Shown piece by piece: positions 11,101 to 23,818 of a stretch of 64,000 bases of DNA; the first letter of the stretch is position 1; each line of letters opens with the position of its first letter. The position numbers and the translations under genes are program-made. This DNA is from Ascoidea asiatica JCM 7603 (taxonomy: Eukaryota > Fungi > Ascomycota), in the NCBI GenBank assembly GCA_001600695.1, contig BCKQ01000006.1, positions 487,937 to 551,936 of the forward strand. The letters are read 5' to 3'. Under the pieces are notes generated by a model. That model saw only the letters and a program-made list of their open reading frames with translations, was not told the DNA's origin and did no database searches.

Positions 11101-13932
11101 AGGATGTAATTGTTTCAAATATTCTAAAAGTGTAACTCTTGAAAATTGATCATCTTCTCTAATAATTTCTCTCAAAGATAATAGAATCTTTTCGGAATAA
11201 TGAGGTGTAAAAACAGTGAAAGTGGGCATATTCTCAACTGGAAGAGGTTCTGGAATTGGGGTTGCTAAAGATTGAGCAAAATATGTAATTCTTCTTTCAG
11301 CTTCCGAATCCTTTGGATAAAATTCGGTTGCAAAATTATTATCATCTTGAGAAACAAAGAAGGTTGGAGCTCTTAAAGTCCTTTTACCTTCAACTTCAGA
11401 TGGTACTTGATGATATAATAATTTTTGAACGTGTTCAATAGCTAATAAATGCTCTCTGTACATTGAAATAACAATAGCATTCCAAACTTGAGATATTAAG
11501 ACCTTAGGTTTATATTTAATATCCATAGCAGCAGTGGCTAATACTTTAGAATAAATTCTTTTTGGTAATCTAATAAAGATATTTCTCCATGGAGTTAGAA
11601 TGGAAATACCTAAATAAAATGATCTACCAACTGAAAATACAGTTGAAATAACAATATACCACATATAAGTATCTAAAAAGAAAAGAATGAAATCAGTGAA
11701 ATACATCATTCCAAGAACAATTTGAGATTGATATTTACATAATACCTTACCAAACCAAATTTCACCTGCACATCTCATATGCATAGTTGATAAATTTCTT
11801 ATAGGATCTCTTAGAGAAAGAATTAAGAAAAAATAAGATTCAACATATTTTGCAACAAAAACTAAAACCCATAATAAATAAGACATCCACATATCTAAAC
11901 CTTTTAATTGATAAAAATTAGCAGTGAAAGTTTGAGATGCAACATATTTTCTTGAAGATTTATTCATATATGATGTGAAAAGACCACCCAATGGCATTAT
12001 AGCAAAAAATAAAATTGTGGCAATAGCAATAAAGAATGAAATAACAGATATAACATGAGCAATAGTAGAATATGTGTTTATAGGATCATAGAAAAAAATA
12101 AATATAACTGGACCAGCATTGATAACTAAAATTAACAATAAAAAGAAAAAACGAGTAGTTAAATGTTGAGCACCAGCCCATTTTCTTGGAACAAAAATCC
12201 ATTCTAAAATTGTTGCAAATAATTGAATAAGACAAGCAACAGTACCACCAAGAGCTGCAGTTGCCCATTTATATTCGGGAGTTGGTTGATTATTAACTAA
12301 TTGTGTATAATTAGAAGTATATAAAGTTGGAGAATGATAAGCACAATACATCCAATATACTGAAGCATGAATAACCCAAATACGATTAAAATTAGTTACC
12401 ATATGAAACCAAGTTCTAATTTCTTTATAAGTTTTAAAAAAAACATTTTTCCAGTCACAATCACCAAGTCTCATAAACCTCTCTTCTTGAGGTAAATCTA
12501 CTAATCTTGTACCATCTTCAAATATAATTCTAGATATACCTTCAGGATACCAAAATAACTGATTAACATCATCATAACCAATAATTTTATTATGATCTCT
12601 TTCTCTTTTAACATATCTACCATCAACAACTTCATAAATTTGATCTCTTAAGAATTTATATATAGGAGTAACAACTCTATTAAGATAATCACCTTCAGGT
12701 ATTGGTTCTTGCTTACTTTGACAAGCAGGAGAGACTAAATAATCATGAGCACATTTATAAATGAAACAAAGACATTCAGGAGTAAATCTAACTTGATTTG
12801 ATTCACCCCAAATAAGTAAATATAAAGCAACATCTCTAACTTTTTCTAAAGGAGTTAATTTATTCATTTCATGATTCCATCTATAATTTGCAGCTTCTAA
12901 AGAATTATCACCTTCAAGATCTTGTAAAGCAGTATCAATTGTTTCTTCATTGTTTTCTAAAGCCTTTTTAGCTTTTTTTGAAGCTTTTGAAGCTTTTTTA
13001 GCTTTTTTTGATAATTTACCAACATTCATATTAGAAAAACCAACTTGATCATCCATATCTAAATGAGCAGCAAAATACCATTTTTTATAATTTGCAGATT
13101 CTCCACCAATATAATCAGAATGAATTGATAATAAAGCTAAAGATGGAGACATTCTTGAAGCTCTTGAATCTAATAATATCATGAAATGATCAAACACATT
13201 TCTCATTGAATCTCTTTGAAACCCGAATTTATTTGAAAGATCAATAAAAACATCTTCAATATCTTCTAATTTTACAGGAGCTTGATTATCAGCCGACCAA
13301 GCAGGATATGGATCATTTGGTAAGCCAGGCATAAATCCCCCTTCTTCACCTTCTCCTTCACCTTGACCATAAGCATATCCAGAACCATACGGAGTTGAAG
13401 CACCAGATCTTTGATCATTATAAGACATTTGAGAAGGTGTATAAGTTGCACTATATTCATAACCTGGAGTTCCAGGTTGTTGTGGAGCACCATAACTAAA
13501 ATCAGAGAAAGCTTCACCACCTTGTTCATTACCTTGAACAGAATTTGGAGCTCTTTGATCATAATAATTTGGATCATATTGACCTTGATCATAATTTGGA
13601 TCATTAACTGGAATTGAACCTTGAGATTGTGGTGGAATTTGTTGATTTGGATTATTTGGATCATAATATTGATTTTGATCATAATAACCAGAATCATATT
13701 GACCTTGAGATTGACCTTGTGGTGGAATTTGCTGATTTGGGTTATTTGGATCAATAGGATATTGATCATTATATGGTTGATCATAATATTGTTGTTGATT
13801 TTGAGCATTTGGATCATATTGTTGATTAGGATCATAATAATTTGGATCATGGTTTATATCATGATTTGGATCTGGATTTGAGGAATTTGGATTGGCTCCA
13901 GGTACATTACCTGGAGGATTTGAGTATGACAT
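8110..13932 (-). CDS. FKS1: 1,3-beta-glucan synthase catalytic subunit
   Basis: 1940 aa with [19 protein letters not shown] (hot spot 1), [52 protein letters not shown] and many transmembrane helices. Confidence 0.98.
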   Translation of the reverse strand: MSYSNPPGNVPGANPNSSNPDPNHDINHDPNYYDPNQQYDPNAQNQQQYYDQPYNDQYPIDPNNPNQQIPPQGQSQGQYDSGYYDQNQYYDPNNPNQQIPPQSQGSIPVNDPNYDQGQYDPNYYDQRAPNSVQGNEQGGEAFSDFSYGAPQQPGTPGYEYSATYTPSQMSYNDQRSGASTPYGSGYAYGQGEGEGEEGGFMPGLPNDPYPAWSADNQAPVKLEDIEDVFIDLSNKFGFQRDSMRNVFDHFMILLDSRASRMSPSLALLSIHSDYIGGESANYKKWYFAAHLDMDDQVGFSNMNVGKLSKKAKKASKASKKAKKALENNEETIDTALQDLEGDNSLEAANYRWNHEMNKLTPLEKVRDVALYLLIWGESNQVRFTPECLCFIYKCAHDYLVSPACQSKQEPIPEGDYLNRVVTPIYKFLRDQIYEVVDGRYVKRERDHNKIIGYDDVNQLFWYPEGISRIIFEDGTRLVDLPQEERFMRLGDCDWKNVFFKTYKEIRTWFHMVTNFNRIWVIHASVYWMYCAYHSPTLYTSNYTQLVNNQPTPEYKWATAALGGTVACLIQLFATILEWIFVPRKWAGAQHLTTRFFFLLLILVINAGPVIFIFFYDPINTYSTIAHVISVISFFIAIATILFFAIMPLGGLFTSYMNKSSRKYVASQTFTANFYQLKGLDMWMSYLLWVLVFVAKYVESYFFLILSLRDPIRNLSTMHMRCAGEIWFGKVLCKYQSQIVLGMMYFTDFILFFLDTYMWYIVISTVFSVGRSFYLGISILTPWRNIFIRLPKRIYSKVLATAAMDIKYKPKVLISQVWNAIVISMYREHLLAIEHVQKLLYHQVPSEVEGKRTLRAPTFFVSQDDNNFATEFYPKDSEAERRITYFAQSLATPIPEPLPVENMPTFTVFTPHYSEKILLSLREIIREDDQFSRVTLLEYLKQLHPIEWDCFVKDTKILAEENAAYEAGSDPEKDDENNMKAQIDDLPFYCIGFKSASPEYTVRTRIWSSLRAQTLYRTVSGMMNYARAIKLLYRVENPEIVQLFGGNTEGLERELERMARRKFKFVISMQRFAKFKPDEAENAEFLLRAYPDLQIAYLDEEPPLEEGQDPRIYSALIDGHCEIMENGKRRPKFRVQLSGNPIIGDGKSDNQNHAIIFYRGEYIQLVDANQDNYLEECLKIRSVLAEFEEISAEQTNPYAPGLSYEEKNFHPVAIVGAREYIFSENTGILGDIAAGKEQTFGTLFHRILAQIGGKLHYGHPDFLNGTYMTTRGGVSKAQKGLHLNEDIYAGMNAMLRGGRIKHCDYYQCGKGRDMGFGSVLNFTTKIGAGMGEQMLSREYYYLGTQLPLDRFLSFYYAHPGFHVNNLFIQFSLQLFMVTLCNLNALAHEAIICSYDKDTPVTDKQIPRGCYNLSPAVDWVRRFTLSIFIAFFISFIPLFVQELIEKGVAKCVTRLARQFCSLSVLFEVFVAQIYSSSISSDLSVGGARYIATGRGFATSRIPFSVLYSRFAQSSIYMGARLMFMLLFASTSHWQPALLWFWLSISSLIFPPVVFNPHQFSWQDFFIDYRDYIRWLSRGNSKWHKNSWVGYVKMSRSRITGFKRKLLGEPSEKAAGDAPRAHRTNILTADVIPTVIVTAFLFIAFTFINAQTGVKGGKADPINSTLRLVICALAPVVINMGVLGFCMGMACCAGPLLGVCCKKTGPVLAGVAHGFSVIIHIVFFIVMWVLEGFSFTKMLLGVISMIYVQRVLFKIMTLLFLTREFKHDHANAAFWTGKWYGSGMGYMAATQPAREFCAKIIEQSEFAADFFLGHFILFMQLPIILIPFADRFHSMLLFWLKPSRQIRPPIFSLKQAKLRKRMVRKYCALYFLVLLLYVIVIAAPAVLGNIVTDQYTTISDELKDGIFEGLFQPRNQSNNDTGASAPKSFLTSTPSLATWSTIA

Positions 13933-15194
13933 TTTTTTGGTAAAAATTAGCTAAACTTTTTTCAAGCTATTTTACTCTGCTTTTTTTTTTTTCTTTATAT
14001 TTCTTTGAAATTTCTTATAAATATAATGAGCAATAAGCTATTGGAATTAAAAACAAAAAAGAATATTTGAAATATGAACTATGAGTGATGAAGATATGAA
14101 AATGAAGCAACTAGTGAAAAACTATAAATGACAGATGACAAATGACTAGTGAAAAATGAAAAATAAGCAAAAAAAAATAATTTGAAGCGATAGAATATTT
14201 TAAATTCTTTAATCAATCAAAGAAGATAAATGTAATGAATTTTGAATTATATAAAGAATGATTAATATTTTGAACTTTTTCTCATTTGTTTCAATATGGG
14301 TATTTTGGAATAATATTAATATGGATTTGATAATATATATGTTAACAAGTAACAAAAAAGAATAGTTTAATTGATAACAATATCCAAGAAAAAAAAAGCT
14401 TTTATTAAGAGAAATTAAGAGAAAAAAAGTAAGAGAAAAAAAAGAGTGATTTAAGGGATTAAAAAGATTAAAGAATTGTAATTCAATAAATATATTAAAT
14501 GAAAAAAAAAGATAAGTTGAAAGAAAATCAATGAGAAAATAACAAAGTGAAAAAAAAAAGGTTTTTGTATGGTGATTGATAAAAAACAGGGAAATATTCA
14601 GCTAAAATATCGGCATAAGGCAGTAAGTAATAATAGTATTAATAGTATTGGTATCAGCATTGGTAATACAGTATTCCAGATTATTGTGGCTATTAAGGCC
14701 ATTATGGCTTTCAGTATGTTTATCGTGTTTATCATAGCTATTTTATGGCTATTCTGAGTAACGGTATTATGGTTACTGCCGTATTAAGGACCCGTTGTTG
14801 GAACTGGAACTGGAACAGGCCTGAATAAACAATCAGAGCTGTTCTGAATCAGCTGGCGAAAAAAGTAAGCCCTTGAAGTCCCGCAATGTGCAGGCCAAGC
14901 AACGAGAAGTGCAACACCAAATAACAACAACAATAGCTCCCTGGTCACCTGCCAGGTGTCTTTTTCCTGACACGCCAAGTTGAAACCGCCAGATTCAATT
15001 GCTAGAAGAATGCAGACGTAGGTAGAGTTAAACCTTAGATCTCCCAGTAATTGTACTTAGAGCACGAATTAATCCTACCAAATTTTGGTTTTTGGGTTGT
15101 TTTTGTTGCGTTTGTAAAACATTACTACTACGTTTTTACACGCTATGTTCACGCTACTTTCCAAGCACACTCACAGCATTGACAAAATCAAAAG

Positions 15195-15295
15195 CTAAAA
15201 ATAGCACTCTCAAACAAGCATAGCGTTAGTGGGTGTTTATATTCGGCAACTCTGCGTGGATCACGCAGGTCACTCCTTCTTAACCTCGAGGCTCA
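15195..15295. promoter_or_regulatory. Candidate Rlm1 site (CTAAAAATAG, 15195-15204) and Crz1-type site (GAGGCTCA, 15288-15295) upstream of FKS1
   Basis: Matches to CTA(W)4TAG and GNGGC(G/T)CA inside the GC-rich island of the FKS1/SHQ1 divergent region. Both pathways regulate FKS genes in S. cerevisiae. Confidence 0.45.
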
Positions 15296-16084
15296 CGTCG
15301 AATCTGACATTGAATTAACGTTGTCCAGGCTGCCCTGATTACTGTGGTAATTTTTTGGAGTTCAGAGAAGTTGTAACCCAGGCAATTGAATGATTTTTTT
15401 ATGTTTTTTTGCAAGCTGAAATTTCAATTCTGTAAGGGGTCCTTGGAATTACCTGCTAAAACGGATCCTCTTCTGAAAAGAACTTGCCATCAATCAAAAC
15501 AAGAGTATCTCGAATTTTGGAGCCCTAAGGCCTAGAATTTCAATTCTTGGTTCCGGAACTACAGTATTACTACAGTAGTACCAGTCTCATCATTGTCTCA
15601 GTTCCAAGATTCGCTTAACGATTTTTGCTTATTTCTCCTCCTTTTCTGGATGTGCAATGGAAATCTCTAATTTATCACCTCAGAAACTCAGAAAATTCAT
15701 TATCAATAAATTATCACCAATAAATTCTCACTATTTTTCCAGCTAGTTACCGGCAAAATAACGGCTTCAAAACCCATTCAGCTTATCCGGCTTCCATTCA
15801 AATATCTGTTAAAAACTCTTGTTAAAAGTCACGTTTTAAATAATATAAATGTCATGTGACTTATTTTTAACTTAAAAAGGAATTCCGTAAATATGGCTTC
15901 ATTGTATTTTTTATAATTTTTTATATTTTTTTATATTTCTTTATTATTTTTTAATGAAAATTATTGAAATTCATATAAACCTTATTGGGATTGAAATTGA
16001 AAATAAAATTGAAATAATAATCCATATTTAAAATACTTATACCAAGTAATAATCCTCATTTAATAAACAAAATTCAACCTAAAA

Positions 16085-17968
16085 ATGATAACTCCATATT
16101 TTGAATTAGATCAGGATGATAATTATATCTATGTTAATATAAAAATTCCATCTTTAAAATTCAATTCAAAATCTTTAGAAACTACAATATCTGATAATTT
16201 GCTTATATTTTATTTAGATCCATATTATTTAAGATTATCTTTTTCTTCAGATTTAATTAATCAAAATGATATTCCTTTAGATAATCAAAATCAGAATCAG
16301 AATTTTACTAATGATGATATAAATTTAGTTAAGTATGATAGTAAAGAGGAAAAAATCAAATTCACAATAATGAAAAAAATCAAAGGTCAATTTTTCAAAA
16401 ATTTAAATTTACCACAATTATTATTATCTTCAAATGAAAATAAAACTCCTGTTAAAATAGAAAGTAATAATGAAAAGAAACCATTAATTCAAGAAATTGA
16501 TAATAATAATGATTCGTCTGTTGATAATGGTAATATTTTAGATAATTTAAAGACAACAAATGATATAAAGAATCATATAAAAAATTATGAAGATAAAACT
16601 GGAAAAGAATTCAATTGGGAATTTCCACAATCGCTAAATAACTTAAACAATGATATAAAATTAAATAATAATAATAATAATAATAAAACTTTCAATTATG
16701 GTTTCAATAACCTTTATAATAATTATATTCAAAATTCTTTATCAAATGGTAATGATATTAATGAATTATCAAATCCAGAATTTTTAAGTATTGAAAAAAG
16801 AATAATTGAAAGAAAATTTAATGAAAATTACTCATTTGATCAAAAATCTTATATAAATTATTATTTATTGAATAAAAAAAATTTCATAATAAATAATCTA
16901 AATGATAGTTATGAATTAGATAATTTAAATGATGAGTATATAAATTTTAAAAAAATTCTTGATTGGGAAAATCCAATAATTAAGAATTATAATATGAAAA
17001 GTGAAAATGAAGTTGAAAATGAAAGTGAAAGAGAAACTGAAAGCGAAATTATTGAAAAATTGTGTAAAAATCTACCAAATAAAAAGAAAAGTTATAATAT
17101 CAAAAACTACAATCAAATTTATTCACTTTTAATTTCTTTATTATTTTCTTATAATTTCAATTTAAGAGAAAATTTAGGTGATGATTTATCAAATAATCAA
17201 TCTGCTTGGTTAATTGGAAAATTAACTCCTCAATTTGCAGCTCTTGATAATCAAATAATCTCAAATAAAGATCAAAATGATTATCAAGATAATGATAGTG
17301 AACAAATTATAAATTCCAATGATATTCAAATAACTTCTTTCACTACTAATCCAAATCAAAGTGACGGTTTAATGAAAGAAATTAAAACAACTGTAAACTC
17401 AAATTTGAAAACAAATATAGTCAATGAAGAAAATAAAAAAATTGAAAATGATAAAGAAATGGATAATCTTGATATATTATTAAATGAATTAACAATTACT
17501 TTAATTAAAAGATCTTTAATTTTTCCAATGAATAAACATTTTAGTCTAAGTTTTAAAGCTTTAATTGATACATTTTTCACAATTCTTGAAGGAAAATTCA
17601 TTATTTTAAAAACCTTATTTAAAATCAGAGAATTTTTTAGATTTAATGAAATTTATTATATTTATAATATAATTTGGTTAAATGATTTAATTTCTTGGTT
17701 AATTTTTGATAAAAATAATGATATTTTAAGTGATGAAAATTTAACAAAATTAAGTAAAATTTTTAAAAAAATTATAATTAATAAAGATTTAAAAAAAAAT
17801 ATTATTTTTGAAACTTTAAATTTAGATGTAAATATAAATGAAAACATCAATGAAAATATGAATGAGAAAGATGAAGAAATGATAGAAACTATTTCTTTAG
17901 ATGAATTGGAAATTATTGGAGATGAATTATATAAGGATTATAATTCAAATAAAGATAATATTGAATAA
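16085..17968 (+). CDS. SHQ1: H/ACA snoRNP assembly chaperone Shq1
   Basis: N-terminal CS domain MITPYF..QDD...FYLDPYYLRL, plus KPLIQEI, FNWEFPQ, YGFNNLY, NGNDINEL and SAWLIGKLTPQF. Confidence 0.93.
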   Translation: MITPYFELDQDDNYIYVNIKIPSLKFNSKSLETTISDNLLIFYLDPYYLRLSFSSDLINQNDIPLDNQNQNQNFTNDDINLVKYDSKEEKIKFTIMKKIKGQFFKNLNLPQLLLSSNENKTPVKIESNNEKKPLIQEIDNNNDSSVDNGNILDNLKTTNDIKNHIKNYEDKTGKEFNWEFPQSLNNLNNDIKLNNNNNNNKTFNYGFNNLYNNYIQNSLSNGNDINELSNPEFLSIEKRIIERKFNENYSFDQKSYINYYLLNKKNFIINNLNDSYELDNLNDEYINFKKILDWENPIIKNYNMKSENEVENESERETESEIIEKLCKNLPNKKKSYNIKNYNQIYSLLISLLFSYNFNLRENLGDDLSNNQSAWLIGKLTPQFAALDNQIISNKDQNDYQDNDSEQIINSNDIQITSFTTNPNQSDGLMKEIKTTVNSNLKTNIVNEENKKIENDKEMDNLDILLNELTITLIKRSLIFPMNKHFSLSFKALIDTFFTILEGKFIILKTLFKIREFFRFNEIYYIYNIIWLNDLISWLIFDKNNDILSDENLTKLSKIFKKIIINKDLKKNIIFETLNLDVNINENINENMNEKDEEMIETISLDELEIIGDELYKDYNSNKDNIE

Positions 17969-18074
17969 AATCTTTAAACAGAACAAAAAGTTAATATATA
18001 ATCAAAATGATTATATTTGTATTTATATTTGTCATTATAAGTAAAGTTAAAATAAATTTTATTATATAAGCGAG

Positions 18075-18106
<32 letters not shown>

Positions 18107-18532
18107 GTAATAAAATGATTGATTGATTGACTGATTTATTTAAAATTGAGAAGGGATAAGGAATAAGGGATGATAATAAATGATATTAAAATAGACATAC
18201 TGTATAAAGAAAAAAGAGCAGATAAAATGAATAAAGAAAGAAAGTAATTTTTAGAACATAAACAAAAAAAGTAAAAGAAAAGTAGATAGATAGATAGGGA
18301 AATAAATTATATAAATAGATAAAAAATAAACAGATGGGCTGATGATCAATAAACAATAAGATAAAAGATTAAATATATAGGATTATAAAGATTAAGTTTC
18401 TAAAGAGATGTTCAATTATAATTTGAAAAGCTTTAAAAAGGGGAGATATTAGGAAATAAAATAGATAGGTAATGTCAATGATTGATTAATTAATAAGTTA
18501 GATAAGCATATAATAAAAGATAAATAATTCAT

Positions 18533-19318
18533 TCATAAAATTACACATTTCTTTTTCTTCTTATTTTTATTTCTATTTAAACCAGCCAGAGATTGTTTTT
18601 TCTTTAAGACATTTGATTGAGAAGAAGATCTATTTGAATTATTTAAATTTCTTTGAGATTTTTCTTTAGATATATTATTATTTGAAGAATTATTTGAATT
18701 ATCATTATTATTAGAATTATTATTTGAATTATTATTTGAATTATTATTCAGACTATTTTTATTATTTGAATTATTATTATTTTTATTATCAGATTGATCA
18801 TCAGTTGAAACTTCTTTTCTCATGATTTGTCTAACAACATCAATAAAAGCTTCTTCAACATTAGTTTTAACTCTTGCAGAAGTTTCATAAAAGGGTACAT
18901 CACCCCATTTTCTTGAAACATTTATACCATCTTGAGGAGATATAGCTCTATCATTAATTAAATCACATTTATTACCAATTAAAACCATTGGAACATTATT
19001 TGAATCTTTAATTCTTAAAACTTGATCTCTTATTGATAATAATTCTTTTAAAGAATTATCATCAGTTACAGAATAAACTAATAAAAATCCAGTACCAGAT
19101 TTTATATATAATTCTCTCATTGCAGTAAATTGAGCAACACCAGCAGTATCTAAAATTTCTAAATCACAAGGTCTACCATCAATTTCAATTTGTTTTCTAT
19201 AAGAATCTTCAATTGTTGGATCATAAGATTCTATATAAACACCTTGAACAAATTGAACAGTTATTGAAGATTTTCCAACACCACCAGCGCCTAAAACTAC
19301 TAATTTATAATCTCTCAT
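18533..19318 (-). CDS. RSR1: Ras-family (Rap-type) GTPase Rsr1/Bud1
   Basis: [55 protein letters not shown], and a polybasic tail ending in the CAAX box CVIL. Confidence 0.97.
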   Translation of the reverse strand: MRDYKLVVLGAGGVGKSSITVQFVQGVYIESYDPTIEDSYRKQIEIDGRPCDLEILDTAGVAQFTAMRELYIKSGTGFLLVYSVTDDNSLKELLSIRDQVLRIKDSNNVPMVLIGNKCDLINDRAISPQDGINVSRKWGDVPFYETSARVKTNVEEAFIDVVRQIMRKEVSTDDQSDNKNNNNSNNKNSLNNNSNNNSNNNSNNNDNSNNSSNNNISKEKSQRNLNNSNRSSSQSNVLKKKQSLAGLNRNKNKKKKKCVIL

Positions 19319-20569
19319 TTTAATAATTTATATTTATTTATTGATTGATTGATTGATTGAATGATAGATTGAATGAAAAATTTAGATTTATTATAATATA
19401 GTAATATATAATATAATATAATGAAGAATTAAAGATAAATGAATGAATAATATAAGATTATTTATTTATTTTTTATTACTATTAATGATATTAATATGAT
19501 TTTAAAAGGGATTTTAAAGATCAATTAAATTTAGGATTCTTAGAATACTTAAAATACTTCAAATATTTGATATATTTAGGATATTTGATATATATTTAAG
19601 ATCTTTGATATATTTAGGATATTCAAAATATTTAAAACTTTTGGTAATTGAAATATTTAGGAGATTTAAAATAATTAATAAAATTAGAAGATCAAAATTT
19701 ATTAGTATTAAGATCCAAACAGGTACAGTAATTGAATGTTAATGTAAAATTTGATGTAAATTTGAAGTAAATTTTAATGTAAAATTTAATGTTAGCTAGG
19801 ATTAATATGAAATGCTGAATTGAGATATGAGATTTGAGATTTGAGATAAGTAAAGTTAAGAAAATTAGGAAAATTTAAGTGAAAGAAGGAAAAAAATAAA
19901 TAAATAAATAAATAAATAAATATTTCAAAAGATTATCTATGGTAATTAAATGATTTTTTTTTTTCAAATAGCCTAAAAGGAAATTAAATGAAAAAGTAAA
20001 AAAGTAAAAAAGTAAAAAAAGAGAGAAAAAGAAAGATAAAATGGTAAGATTTTTACTAAATTGTATGTGTAAAGTAAGTGAATGAAATAATAATATCAAA
20101 ATACAGTGTCAAAGCTTGATAGCTTAAGCATGAAAGCTTTATGTTCTTGAGGTTAATCAATCTCAAAGCAGAAAAAAATGATTTATTATTCAATTGATTG
20201 ATTATTTTATTACTGAATATTTATCAAATAATTATTGAATATTTCTTGAATATTTCTTGAATATTTATTTCTTTATTTCCTTATTTACTTATTCACTTAT
20301 TTGAGATTATTTGAGATATGTTGAATAAATCACCAAAAAAACACTAAAATTCATTAAAATTTATTAAAAATTCAATAAAAATCACAAAGTTTGCACCGTT
20401 TCCGTTACTGGAACAGGAAATCTGAGCAGCATCTGAAAAACCAACAAAGAAAATACAAATAAAGTACAAAGAAAGTACCAGAGAACTAGCTCCAGGTGAG
20501 AATTCCCAGAGAATTCCCTGAGCTCAGATATCTCACAGTGAGGTGAGTCTGAGGTGAAGCGAGCGACTG

Positions 20570-20575
20570 ACGCGT
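20570..20575. promoter_or_regulatory. MCB element ACGCGT in the RSR1 / MEI5-like divergent region
   Basis: Exact ACGCGT, a rare word in this CpG-poor DNA. Confidence 0.5.
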
Positions 20576-20653
20576 GGAATGCGGTCGTGTAGCAGTAGTG
20601 TTTAGATCAGGCAGCCTCAGGAAAGTTCTATAACAATGATAATACCACACCAA

Positions 20654-20738
20654 TGGTAGATCCATGATATTGGTACCTCCACAAACCTGGTAAACCCATA
20701 CTGTTGGTAGATCCCTTTATTTGGTAGATCCATCACAA
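20654..20738. repeat. 17-bp-period array: 10-bp core TGGTAGATCC plus 7-bp variable spacer, 5 units
   Basis: Cores start at 20654, 20671, 20688, 20705 and 20722; a further in-phase TGG occurs at 20739. Confidence 0.85.
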
Positions 20739-21179
20739 TGGAGTGTGCATTAGATTACGTTCACATAACGCCACCACCCTCAGTATGCATTACTCCCAAT
20801 ATAGCAATTTCAAACTTACGAGGGCTTTCTGGGATCTCACTTTCCGGTTTAACCATGTGATTCACTTTTCTTTATTCAAGTTGCTGTAAATTTTCTATTT
20901 CTTTTACTTTTACTTTGAGTTTAACTTTAATAACAGTTGAAATTGGAAAATGATTACAAAAATTATCAATTTCATTTCCCATTTTAAATATAACAAGATC
21001 TATTTATTAAATGAAAACAATAGATATTGATTTTATTTATTTATCAAATCCTCAATCAATTCATCAACTCTTAATTCACAATCATCATCATTTTCATCAA
21101 ATTCATCATATTCATCAATCCCTTTATCACATTCATCATTCAATATCTTTAATATAAATATAATTTTTAAATTTTAACT

Positions 21180-22250
21180 ATGTCAAAACAAAATAATCTC
21201 AATTCATTTCATTCAAAAAAATTTAAATCTCCTGTGATTAATAAAGAATTAACAAGACAAGCTGTATTTAAGTCGCATTCAAATTATTCAACTCCAATTT
21301 CAAATAATAAATTTAAAATCAATAATAATAATACTAATCTTTATTCAAATCATAATTTAAATAATTCAAATGATTCACTTAATTCATTCAATTCAAATCA
21401 ATCCAATCAGTCCATTCAATCTATCCAATCCATTAATTCAATCAATTCAAATTATTCAAATCAATCTAATCAATCTAATCAATCTAATTATTCAAATATT
21501 TCAAATGTTCAATATAATAGTGATGAAGAAAATGATAATTATAATACCCCAATTCATAAACATAAATTAGAGATTGATAAAGAAAATCATTCATTATATA
21601 ATAATAATAACAATGAAAACAATAATCAAAACAATACTGAAGATTTAACAACTTTAATTCCAAAAAAATCTTCAAATATAAAACCATTACCTCCATTATC
21701 TTCAATATCTTTAAATAATAATCACAATCATAATAATACAAATATCAATGAAAATAAATTAAATTCTTCTAATTCTCCAATTAATAATTCAAATCTTATA
21801 TTTAAACCAAAAATTGATCAAGATTTTAAAAATTCAATAAATTCATCTCCTTTAATAAATACAAATCAAAATAAAATTATACCAATAAAACCTTCTTTAA
21901 ATCAAATTCAAATTCATAAACAAAAACAAAAACAAAAACAATTAAAATCTCAATTACAATATCAAAATTCAAATAAAAATCAAAATATTTTAAATTCTTC
22001 TTTTAAAACTCCAATTAAATCTTTTAATAATAAAAGATTATCTTCTTTAATCGATTCTCCAATTCCAGATTTAACTCCTCCAAAATCAAGTTCAAAAATT
22101 TATCAACATTTAGATAATATTTCTCCAATTTCAATTAAAAATTATAATAAACCAAATAAATCTTTGAATAAAAATTATAGATCTTTTTCTTCTCCAATTT
22201 TATATTCAAAAAAAAATTTATTAAAAGATATTAATAATATCAATAACATC

Positions 22251-22282
<32 letters not shown>

Positions 22283-23006
22283 TGATATAAATTTATTATT
22301 AAGAGATTTTAGAAATTATGAAACAAATTTAAATAATCAAATTTTAAATTTAAATAAAAAACAATCAAATTTATCTCAAATTAAAAATTTAAAATTATTA
22401 TCTCCAATAACAATTAAAAAAGATAATGATTTAATAAATAAATATATTTCAATAAATAAAAAAATCTTAAATTTTTATTTTAATTTCTTTATTGAAATTA
22501 TTTTTAATAAATTTCCAGATTTTAAATCCTTTAAATTAAATAAATTTAATAATTTTAAAAAAAATTTAAAATTTAATCTAATCAATTCAATTGATGAAAA
22601 TTATTCTAATTTTAAAAATGATTTAAATTTTCAAAATTTAAGTAATTTTGATAAAAATCAATTTGAATTAAATTATAAAAAAAATAAAAAATTTGCTATA
22701 AAAAACCTAAATAATCAATTAAATTTAAAATTCAAACAAATGTTCAATATTGATATCGATTTTAATAAAAAAAATTTTAACGATAATGATAATGATAATG
22801 GTAGTGATTCAGATAATGATTTAGATAATGATTATGATGTTGAAGATTATTTCGATACTAGTGAAATATCAAATGATTTTGAAATGAAAGATTTATGTAA
22901 AGAATTGAATATTGACTATAATTTAATCTTCAATAATCCTTTTGAATATAAAAACGTTGATAATAATGGCTATGATGATAATATTTATAATAATAATAAT
23001 AATTGA
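21180..23006 (+). CDS. Probable Mei5/Sfr1-family recombination mediator with a long disordered N-terminus
   Basis: 608 aa. The C-terminal region has a coiled coil, DLINKY...ILNFYF (cf. family LIxKW) and FEMKDLCKELNIDYNLIF, resembling the Mei5/Sfr1 C-terminal motif. Assignment is from memory of the family only. Confidence 0.55.
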
Positions 23007-23818
23007 AAAAAAAAATAATGTTATAAATTCTTCATCCTCTCATTTTTTTTTAATTTTGCATTTTGTAATTAATTTTTCATTTTTTATGGCTTTTTTCCTT
23101 GCTAACTTATTCTAGTATTAATTTATACGTGCTTCTCAAAAACTTTATAGCTTCATTAATTCATTGCTACATTTCCTTATTAATATTTTTTTCAATTATC
23201 ACTTTATTTTCTTTTCTCTTCTATTGTGTGTAAATTTGTGTGGCTTTTTTAATTTTTTCGTGTTCTGAGACTTTTTTTTATATATTTCGAACAAATAATC
23301 ATTTTGCTAAATAACTAGATATAAATTTCATTTTTTTTTTTACCAATCATCAATATATGTATTTCACCTTTTCATAAACTCAATATATTGAAATACGAGA
23401 ATATTTAAGAAAATCTATGGCTTAAAAAAAGAAACTTTAATATAATAAGAAAATCATAAATTCAGGTTTATACAAAGCATAAATCAAAATAAAAAAAAAT
23501 TATAATAATGAAAATAATGAGAAACTCTTAAAAAAAGGCTCATTATAAAGAAATAAGTATACTATATAATAATAGCAAGAATAATGATATTGATATAAGA
23601 ATGAATAAGCAACCCATCTAGCTATAAATATAAAATTTGAAACCACAATGAAAAAAAATAATAAATACAATAATAACCACCCTAATAATAATGATAAGAA
23701 AAAAGATAATAAGAATGATGATAATAATAATGATAATAATTCAATGAAAAAATTTAATTTTTAAAAGAAGAGAAAAGAATATGAGAATAATATATATAAA
23801 TGGTTGAGAAAAAAGCTC

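Noticed and set aside
13272-13850. 192-aa Ile/Met-rich alternative-frame ORF in FKS1
   Set aside because: Off-frame reading of the YD/PN repeat region.
20410-20435. CAGGAAA...AGCAGC resembling SRP RNA helix 8
   Set aside because: The stem cannot form in the right register and no Alu domain or Pol III context is evident.
20654-20755. CRISPR-like repeat/spacer appearance
   Set aside because: 10-bp repeats and 7-bp spacers are far too short, the genome is eukaryotic, and there are no cas genes.
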